From assembly GCA_964247055.1 (NCBI GenBank), contig OZ176056.1, positions 6,758,001-6,822,000 on the forward strand: a DNA stretch of 64,000 nucleotides. Reading direction: 5' to 3'. Made by a program: the position numbers and the translations under genes. The stretch's first letter is position 1. Each line of letters starts with the position of its first letter. The notes under the pieces were generated by a model. That model ran no database searches. It was not told where the DNA came from and saw nothing but the letters and a program-made list of their open reading frames with translations. This stretch comes from Paragordius varius (lineage: Eukaryota; Animalia; Nematomorpha). Of the stretch, positions 55,001 to 64,000 are shown piece by piece.

Positions 55001-56254
55001 GGTTGCTTATTTTACACTATAGTTGGGCTGATTGCCATGTGTATGGAATTATCACAACAAATTGTTAAATAAACAATATCTTTCTTACTTACATTACTTT
55101 GTTTATTTTATCTATATTCTGTTGTTTTTTCGATGCACTATGGTGTGAAATAAGCATCCATCAAAATGCATACTGTATTGTTTTTATGTATCAATTTAAA
55201 ACTCCATTTCTTTTCATATTTTGTAGACGATTTTAGGGTAGTTCTATTACGTAATCTTTTAATCACTACTGTTTTGTAAGATGTTTGGTTGCAATTTAAT
55301 TATAAAAATATTGTTCTCCATTTTTTATATTTTTTACTATTTTCTAACTTCTTGAGTCTATCGGCATAGCTAAAACACGATTGAAACAAACTGATTTTTA
55401 ATTTAATATAAATAAAAATGTAATAAAAGAATTTAAAATTATTATTTAATTTTTCAATCTTTATATACATTCTTTTCGCATTTTTGTTTTACCGATTAAG
55501 AAACCCAAAGAAGAAAAATGGCGGCGAACAAGTATGAGATGATAATATTCATAATTATGCATATTTGTAAAAAATATAAAGCTCGCTCCTAAAAGATCAA
55601 AAAAGCATATTTTAAAATTAACCCCACTACTTAACATACTTTTGAGTTTAAAAAAATATAAACTACCCCAAAAGGTCATGAAGTGTTATTGATTTTTATT
55701 AATTTTTGGTTGACAAAGGCTTAAGGCATATTTATATTACATTTAAATATTTTTTAAAAATCATATGTTTTTTCCAGACATATTTATTAGAAACTTGGTA
55801 AATAGGTTTGAGAAATTTCATAATTTTTCAACTTTTAAAGTTATTAAATTTGATATACTATTTTATTAACACGACTTTAACAAACTAATAAAAATAACTT
55901 GTAAACGCATAAAACGACCCATTTATTGGATCCAAAATATACATTTTATCCCTTTTTCTTGTTAATTAAATAAAAACGTTTTTTATCATATTCAAATCGC
56001 TGGTGTATATTACAAAAATAAATTAATTTAATTTTGTGGTCTGTAATAAGGTTAAATTATTTAGCTAAATTATTAAATTTGTTATTTCTATTTGCAAAAT
56101 TTAAAATAATGTTACAAATCTCATTTTAAAATATTTATTAACCTCTCTCAATAATAGTAAATTCCTGATCCCATTCATCTCGGTTTACAAATGGTGTACT
56201 TCCAACCATATTAAGTAAGAAAATTAGAATTGTATGAAGGCAAAAATTTGCCAT
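44596..56254 (-). CDS. Gene B: tandem paralogue of gene A, about 463 aa, signal peptide, no C-terminal anchor (truncated or partly pseudogenised)
   Basis: Minus-strand exons: 56254-56143, 54917-54821, 54393-54135, 51864-51778, 49249-49090, 47404-47088, 45314-45083, 44723-44596. All are GT-AG and in frame. Matches to A include AEVMCL/AQVMCL, TWNSP/TWQNP, FIRAQSD/FIRAISD, LKISVKPG/LKITVVPG, QKFSGTIVN/QKYDGTIIN and EPSF/EPTF. Exon 5 is 160 nt in both genes. Confidence 0.72.
46701..46907. mobile_element. MITE derived from the Tc1/IS630-like element
   Basis: TA|CAGTCATGTATC...GATACATGACTG. Confidence 0.85.
48468..48679. mobile_element. MITE derived from the Tc1/IS630-like element
   Basis: TA|CACTCATGTATCC...GGATACATGACTG|TA. 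Confidence 0.85.
50199..51549. mobile_element. Foldback-like element with TIRs of about 400 bp built partly from 21-bp tandem repeats
   Basis: TA|CCATTTCCCAGTCTAAATAAACG...CGTTTATTTAGACTGAGAAAAGG|TA. The unit AAACGTTTTCCCAGTCAATCG is tandem at about 50200-50345 and inverted at about 51360-51545. Confidence 0.88.
52120..53250 (-). mobile_element. Decayed CR1/L2-like LINE 3' RT fragment with a nested hAT-type MITE (about 52460-52653)
   Basis: VKDIGIWVDE resembles EKDLGVxxD, and FIGFILR is followed by a W-S motif. The MITE has ends TAGCGGTACTCA and CAGTAGTACTCA (reverse complement) and GCGGCCC motifs. Confidence 0.5.
54418..54748. mobile_element. MITE of the CCATTTACA-ended family
   Basis: TA|CCCTTTACAGCTCAAATTCACCC at the left, with an inverted GGGTGAATTT...GTGTAAAT arm at the right. 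Confidence 0.7.
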
Positions 56255-57049
56255 GTTATAATCCAATCTATATACCTATTTTACGTTTATAAAAAAAAAT
56301 TTTAAAAAAATCTTGGTATATAAATAGAATCGAGTGAATAAAGGTTATGAACTGTTTAGCAAGTTTATGTTACAATATAATTGTTGAGATGGCTATTTAA
56401 TGATCTATAAATAGTCTGATACAAACTAAATATGTTAATTTAGCTCTTTTATATCAATTATGGTATAAATTATATTTAGATTTTAAGTTATATAGAAAAA
56501 AAGCCAATAAAATTTAAATATTAATTAATTACATAAAATTTGTATACCAAACCAAATCAAATAATATGATATAGTTTTTTTGGTTAAATATGTAGTTCGT
56601 CTTAGGTTGAGATTATTTTAAATAGAATGAGCTAACATTTCATCATTAATATTTAATAAGAGTTTCAAGGTAGGCTTTAATTGTTGCAAATCCTCTCTAA
56701 AATAGGCTTTAAAGGTAAAAATCTTGAGATTGGATGATTTCATATAAGCTAAATTGTGACATTCAAAAAGATTTTCGAATAAATGCAAACTTATCTTCTC
56801 AAATTTTGGCAATTATATCAAAGCATTTTGTGATAAATTTGAAGCATGAGCGGAACAGTAAAAAATAATTAAAAATATTATAAAAACTCCTGCTTTATAA
56901 AATTTGGAGATGCTTAATATTTCTTTAACTTTAAATTAGGATTCCCATTCAAAAATTTGCAACCTTTTCACCCTAAGTCTAGGAAATTTAAATTATATCT
57001 TGTTTTGCATTCTTAATATAGTTTATGATAAAACTTTAATTAAAGAAGT

Positions 57050-58740
57050 ATTGAGCTTTTAGGCGGAAAAACGCAGGTTAGTAAAAGTCAAAGAAAATGT
57101 GTATAAATATAAAATTCTAAACAGCAATTATCAAAACACCATAAGGATAGATTAATCAATTGTGTGAGAGGCTAGAAACCGAAGCTAAAAACAATAAAAA
57201 AAATTTGCCAAGCAAAAAAAGACCAAAAAAATAGTATGCTTAAGGATCCATGGGGAACGCTGACAATTCGGGTCACGGATAAGGCCGAACTCTTAAAAAA
57301 TTGGTACAACAATATCCAATCCAAAAAACCCTCTATCCTAAAAAAGGAAATTCTGAAATATGTAATAATTACAGGACAATATTTCTATCAAATCAAATAT
57401 CGAATGTCTTATTGAAAATCATTTAAAAACGCCTTGAAGCTATTTAACCAGAAATGTCGTCCTAGGTTGGTTTAAAAAAGGAGATAATGTAAAGATATGA
57501 TACCCAATATGGGATGGATGATGGAGAAACACATGAATTTATTAACTTATGTGCTTTGTATACTTCTCTATTGCATTTGACTCCACATAATGATCTAATT
57601 TCATTTTTAAAACAGCTCGGAATTTCAACGCATCTAGTCAACCTAATTTCCCAATATGCTCAAGTTAGATTGCTACGGTCAGTGGGTAGCTAGAGGGGGG
57701 GGCTGATGCACCGTTCACCATAGTTCAGGGGCGTCGGATTTTAAAAAAATTTAATTTTATTTCAAAAAAATAATTTAAAAGTTATTTTAAATAATATATA
57801 AAAAAATGACTCATTGAGTGGCCATGACCACGGTTTGAATTTGATTATTTTTTTCAAGGGAGGTGCAGGTAGAGAGGGGCACACGGATTCATGCACCGGG
57901 CGCCAGAAATGTAAGCTACGTCTCTGGCCACGGTTACGAAAGGTCATGTGTAACTGCCTCGGGCATGGTGAATGTGAGGTTATCTCAAAGCTGCTTTTAA
58001 TCCCTTAATCTGTATAATGCAAATTTTGAAGGCATAATGAGAAACTTGCCTGATACATTCGCCATAGACGTCGTAGTTATGTTCTTGTTTTATTCATTGT
58101 GCTGACGATAGGTTTATCTTCCAAGACAACCCAAAGTCATTATCACTATACTGCAATGTGAGTTTGATAAATGTCGTTTACACATAAATTTCTCAAAAAC
58201 AAAAATATTGCAAATTAATACGGAAATTGCCAACGCTTCGGTAACTATCAATAAGCACTCTTTATCGAAATGTAAAAAATTACACATCTTAGGACTTAAA
58301 TAATGGAGGAATTGGCTTACAAGATCAAACTAATCGCTATGGCCAAAACAGCCACGACTAATACAATACAATTTGGACCCATGTCAAAAAAACAAAAATT
58401 CGGCTTGTTAATGTAATTATTTTTCCTACCTTTTTGGTGTAAAGAATGGATCCTAAAATATCCGACGACGGATAATAAAATTTGTATTAGGCAAAAAATT
58501 CTTTAATAAAATGTTTGGACATAACATACGGTAAAACTTTAAATAAAATCAATCATCCTGATATGTCTTTGCTTGGCATGTCCATCCGCATACTACCTTA
58601 CTTTAACCACATTATGAGATCTAACTTAAAAAATTCCTATATGTTACTAAATGTCAGTGGTACACGTAAGGTAGATGGACAATATTCTATAGGAAGCCAA
58701 TACAACCTTGACAGAACTCAATATTAAAACTAATAATCGC
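57050..58740 (+). mobile_element. Decayed RTE-type LINE interrupted by a hAT MITE
   Basis: PKKGNSEICNNYRTI, LLKII*KRL, and WMMEK followed by AFDS, with many stops. Confidence 0.75.
57680..57926. mobile_element. hAT-type MITE
   Basis: TIRs CAGTGGGTAGCT and CAGAGACGTAGCT (reverse complement). 8-bp TSD GCTACGGT/GCCACGGT (7 of 8 match). Confidence 0.8.
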
Positions 58741-59166
58741 AATCTATGGAGAAGTTTTAATTACATTATTGCAAAAATTTCGACCTCTATTGTAGCAACA
58801 CATCCATCCAAATATAATACACGTTAGATATTTTACAAATTTACCATTTAAACCTTAAACCTGAACAATTAAATTCACCCCTGAACAATTCAAATTCACC
58901 CCTGAACAATTTAAATTTACCCCTGAAGAATTTTTCAATGTAAATAAATAATTTATATATAAAATATTAAGGCTTCAATAAGTGCGGGTTTTATGAAAAA
59001 AATATTTGTCTCTGTGTTTTTCATGTTTGTATGTAGCTATCTCTATTTTAGTATATTTTTTGGAATGGAGTGTTTAGCACTCACAAAACTTTTTATATAA
59101 ACATAATGGAGGCCCATTTTGTGAATGATTTGGAGCAATTACCATAAAAATCAAATGTGTTTAGAT

Positions 59167-60626
59167 CAGGGCTTCTTAAACTTTTGTAATTCCCGCCCTC
59201 ATTTATGATTGCGAGTTTCTTAACGACCCCAACAAATATAAAAGAAAATAAATTAATTTTTTTTACAGATATAATTAATAGGTAACAATAATATGCATAT
59301 GAAAATATATAAATTTAGAATTCGTTTAGAAACACATAAAAATCTAAAATTGAAATTTGCACAAAATGTTATAGAAATGTTTTTATTATAGTTTCAAAAA
59401 CAAAAGTGGATTCTGACCGTCTTAATTCTCTCGGATATATCCAAGTAGTTTCAAGTTTAAAAATTTAATAAGAATGTGCCTGTTTTTATTGCATAACAAA
59501 TCAAATCAAATGTTGGTTAATGTTTGAAACTGCCGGACGTAACTTTCAAGATTTTTTATCGTTGAACGATATTGGGATTAAAAGTGTGTTAAAAATAATT
59601 TCACATAAATATGTGGTGTTGCATAGCAGAAGTACATTAAACGCCATATCGGCGATTGTGAATTAGGTTCTAGTTCTGATCCAGAATTCAGTCAAGGGCT
59701 TTTTTGGAATTGTTTAAGTTTGATTCACACGAAAGCTCAGCAAATTCCTGTTGAGCTTTAAATGGCAGATGAATAAACTCACTTAAGCCAATTCAAACGG
59801 CTTTTAAATCCAAACTATTTTTTGTAAATCAATATTTATTGTATATGTTCGGAACTGTATTTCTAGCGCTTATAAGTGCTCTACAATATTATTGCAATAA
59901 AAGTTTTACAGTGAATTTTCTCAATTGCTAAATTTTCGCCACTGAAATTTCGAACAAATTTTTTTCGACCTTACTTTTCCAAATGCAGTTCTTTTAAATA
60001 AAACTTTCAATTTTATCGTTAGAAGTAAATATCGGATGTTTTTCCTTGAAGAGACAAGTTAAGATCGTTTAACTTGCAATATCTAACAATTAACACAGCT
60101 TGGATAGCCACAAGTCATTTTAATACATTCACCGATATAAAAATAAATTTATTTAACTGGCTGCTGGTAGATCCAACATTATACGAGTATAAATGGAAAA
60201 AAAATTAACTAATTGGGAATAACATGCACTTCGTTCACAATATATTATTGAAAATAACACGAAATGCTATATAGTTTCTTCGAAATAAGACTTAGAAATT
60301 TTGTTGATAATATTTATGATTATTTGGGTTTTAAGAGATTGACAAAAATAAATCTACATTTTTTATAAATTTTTATAACATCTTCTGATACATAGTAAAT
60401 TTATACAAGATATTATAATGATCGAAATAAAAATGCTGGTATAAACAGCCTTTAACCAGAAGATTTTATGATATATTTATTTACCATGATTGTTATTTTT
60501 CTTTATAACAATAATTTTACAAGTTAAAAAACATTTTTTGTTAAATTGTATTTTTATCACTCGCGACCCCATAATTTTGCTACGAGACCCCAAATGGGGT
60601 CGCGACCCATAGTTTAAGAAACCCTG
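59167..60626 (-). mobile_element. Internally deleted hAT (Buster/Charlie-like) transposon
   Basis: 16-bp TIR CAGGG(C/T)TTCTTAAACT. TSD GTTTAGAT/GTTTATAT. GCGACCC subterminal repeats. Minus-strand LRPAVSNIN and KQAHSY* resemble the Buster transposase C-terminus. Confidence 0.88.
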
Positions 60627-62419
60627 GTTTATATGACTAAAGTCCGAAATCAAAAGCATTATGAAAATCCAGAATTTTAAACAAAGTTTAAATTTTTTTT
60701 AAATCACCCGGTATAAAAATTTATAGTTATAACTATGTATTGCACTCTTGGAAATATAATTTTAATGATAATAATTTAACATCTCATAAAAATTATATGG
60801 TTTTAAACGGTTTATTTATTTTGTATTAATCCAAGCCTAATATTAAATATGTTTATATATGTTTTGCTTTCTAAATATATTTTATGATACAAATTTAATA
60901 AAAGGAGGTATTTAGCTTTTAAAATTTCGGATATGATGTGACCTATTTTGCAAATTTTCAATATGATTGCCACAAAAGTAAATATAACTTCCTTAGATCA
61001 CTGGTTAGACCTAAAACCAAAACAACTATCACGATTCCAATACACTTTTCTTGAAGATATATTATTCAGTATATTTTTATAGCCCTCAATTTTGTGCACT
61101 GTGTAAATAGTAAGCTTTTTGGACGATTGTAATGTCTATACAAAAAGGATTATTGAAATTTAAATATATTTATTTGTTTTCAATATATCAAGATGTATAT
61201 ATATACAATCTAGTTTTTATCCATCTATGGTAAAATTCCTATAAAAATCAAATAAAATGGAAAGATTATTCTCAGGTTTTGGGAAGATATTCAAAATGCA
61301 AAAACAAAGCAGATATTTTAATCGCCATGATAAACAAATCTAAAGAATTTATAAAAAAATGTATGCCGCTCACCTACTTTTAAAAAACCTTAAATTTTTT
61401 ATTTAAATTTTTTATCACGCAATCTCAGCATTTTTGGGTATATTTTAAGTAAAGTAACCCATTTTTGAAGAGCCAAAAAATAGGACTTTTGGAGCCCACA
61501 TCTATATATATATTTTTACAATATAAAGTGTTATTATACAGTTTCCATTATTCCTTAAAATAGTTTGAAGCTTGGCTTCAACAAACGCTAAAACTTGATT
61601 TTTGAAAAAGTATGCATTTTAATATTTTTTGGTTGGTATCAAAATTCATAAATCAAAATTTTTTATCGCGCTATCTCGGAATTTTTGCGGATACTTTGAA
61701 AAATAGCCTATTATAGAGGAGCAAGAAAATAGGAGCTGTAGGAGTCCACAATCTGAAAATTAATTTTTTTAGATATTGTTTTTATGCAGAATATATTTTA
61801 GTGATATTTTTTGAAACAAACCATTTAACTTTCACCAAATTTTTTTTTAAAATAAATGCCCCATTTTTGGCCATTTTAATGTGTAAAACCACATAAGTAT
61901 AATTAAATCACTTGTAAGGCCCATACTAAGCACCATGATAATCCTGACTATATATATATATATATCATCATCACAATATCCCCCGATTTTGGAGTTAGTG
62001 ATAAATTATCATTTGCTGCCATAGTATAATATGGCTTATACTTTCAATTTTGAATATATTGGGTTTAACAAATATTCTTATATAAAAAAATTTTAGCATA
62101 GGAACTCTTTTTATCATATTTATACTACTCTTGATCTAAATGAGAAATTTACAGGGAAGGGTAATTAAATAAAAATATTAGTCCTTGTATACATATTAAT
62201 TATCATGTGTAACGACAATCGCTTTAACAATCATTTATATATTTTAATGTTTTCTACATTTTAGAAGTTACTAGAAATATTATCTAAATTATATCTATCT
62301 AAAACTAACGACACCTCAAATATTGGGTAAACACATAAATAATAAATTAAAACATCAATATAAATTGTGTTTGAAACAGCATATAAAATTTTAAACAGTA
62401 AACAAATTCAGTAAAATTA

Positions 62420-62890
62420 TCCGTTTATACCGAGAAAATTTGGCGGTTTATGAGTATCTAAACTCGATTTTACTTTAACAAAACAGTTACAGTCGAAATT
62501 ACAGTGCCTACTAGGCTACAATCATATCATTAACAAATAATAAATCCATTTTATTATCAATCAAGCTCTCACCTTTGCTCCTTATATACCGAGAAAATTT
62601 GGCGGTTTATAAGTATCGGTATATAGTCGAGTTTAGTTAAACGTTTAAATTACAGTGTATACCCTGTTAAAATCATCTCTTAAGAGTTAGCAAATCGATG
62701 ATTTCATTATCAATCACCCTCTCACTTTGGCTCCTTATATACTGAGAAAATTTGGCGGTTTATGAGTACCGGTATAAAGTCGAGCTTTATTAACTGATCA
62801 GATAATGATATTAAAATTACAGTGCATACCCTGCTAATCTTAAATACCTAATAAAAGATAAAGCTAGCACCTCCCTTACATAATTAATCA
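62420..62890. repeat. Three diverged tandem units of about 155 bp
   Basis: TATAC(C/T)GAGAAAATTTGGCGGTTTAT(G/A)AGTA occurs near 62427, 62587 and 62738, each followed by AAATTACAGTG. Confidence 0.85.
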
Positions 62891-63337
62891 AGTATTTTAC
62901 TACCATTTCCTTATCAAATTATGGCTACTAAGAGTATTGGTATAGGGTCTAAGCATATAGCACTGAGTTCGTCTTATTTTTATGGATTTATGAAAATTGT
63001 TTCGAAGTATTTTTCACCACCACACATATTAACTCTCGGTGTTTCATCTAACTATGCCCATATCAATATATCATCATTTTGTGATGACGAGATTTATGAG
63101 AAGAAAATATTTAGCAAAGAGGTTTATTATATAGTTTAATTGATAAAAATTATTTATTTCTATAGAAATAATTATTGCAAAAATAATATTTATTGATAAA
63201 TTTATTAGTATGCTTTGTGATGAAACCGAGATTAAATTTAAGCCGTGAGTCCCAAAAAAACTATTATAAAATCAACTGTGCTAGTAAATCAAATATATAA
63301 TATTAAATGAAATAAAAGCTAAACTTTAAACAAAGTA

Positions 63338-63608
63338 CAGTAAAAATTGAAATTATACGGACAAAACGTTAAAATTTAAAGACAAATATTTTTTTCTAAA
63401 TGACCATACTTTTTTATTTATTTGAATAAAACTTAACGTTTGAAATTGCAGAGTATGATGAGATTTATATTGGTACTACAATCAATTATATAATTTATAA
63501 ATTAATATTTTTAGGAAAAATTAAGGTATAAAAAGTATGGTTGTCTTTTGATAAAAATATTTATCTTTATATTTTTTGGATTTGTCCATATAATATCTAT
63601 TTTTACTC
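63338..63608. mobile_element. TA-flanked MITE (CAGTAAAAATT family)
   Basis: Same ends and internal motif as 18486-18753. Confidence 0.75.
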
Positions 63609-63785
63609 TATTTTAGTTTTTTTATATAATAAAATGATTTTTAATATCACAACAAGCCTGCTATTTATTTAAACGGGAGTTTCCGAATTCGGTATGTGTA
63701 ATATAATACTAGGTTAATATTCGGCCAGCTATATAAAATATGGGGCAATTTACACAGTTAATTTTTTTTGTTAATTTGAGATATA

Positions 63786-64000
63786 CCATTTACATCTAAT
63801 TCCCCCTTGAACAATTCAATTTCACCCTAAAAATAAACTATACGTTTTCGGGCTAATATAACTCATTATTAATATGGCATAGTTTATTATTTTTTCAGTA
63901 TTAATTTTATAAACGAAATTTCATTTTTTAAAAATATACAAAAATATGGGTAATTTTTATTCTTAAAAAACACATAATTTATTTTAGGGGGAATTTGAAT
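63786..64000. mobile_element. MITE of the CCATTTACA-ended family, running off the window
   Basis: TA|CCATTTACATCTAATTCCCCCTTGAACAATTCAA. Confidence 0.7.

Overview
Very AT-rich eukaryotic (animal) DNA with many short introns (about 35-100 nt) and a heavy transposon load. I found no RNA gene and no CRISPR array. All work was done by eye, with no database searches. (1) A complete 8-exon synaptotagmin-1-type gene (+, 4947-8912). Its TM exon is spliced in frame to a 1.84-kb open exon, which implies an N-terminal (luminal) extension of about 613 aa where Syt1 normally has about 60-110 aa. (2) Two tandem paralogous multi-exon genes on the minus strand that the ORF track shows only as fragments. Gene A (32808-10761, 11 exons, about 620 aa) has a signal peptide, about 15 N-glycosylation sequons and a hydrophobic C-terminal tail. 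Gene B (56254-44596, 8 exons, about 463 aa) stops early, and decayed pieces resembling the A tail lie downstream. I cannot assign either to a known family. (3) Mobile DNA: a 5.7-kb hAT element with a perfect 8-bp TSD that carries a foldback MITE, a Helitron-like element with an approximately 160/320-bp higher-order tandem array, and another MITE. Also present are a Tc1/IS630-like element with derived MITEs, further hAT elements and MITEs, several RTE-type LINE copies including a head-to-head pair, and a CR1/L2-like remnant.
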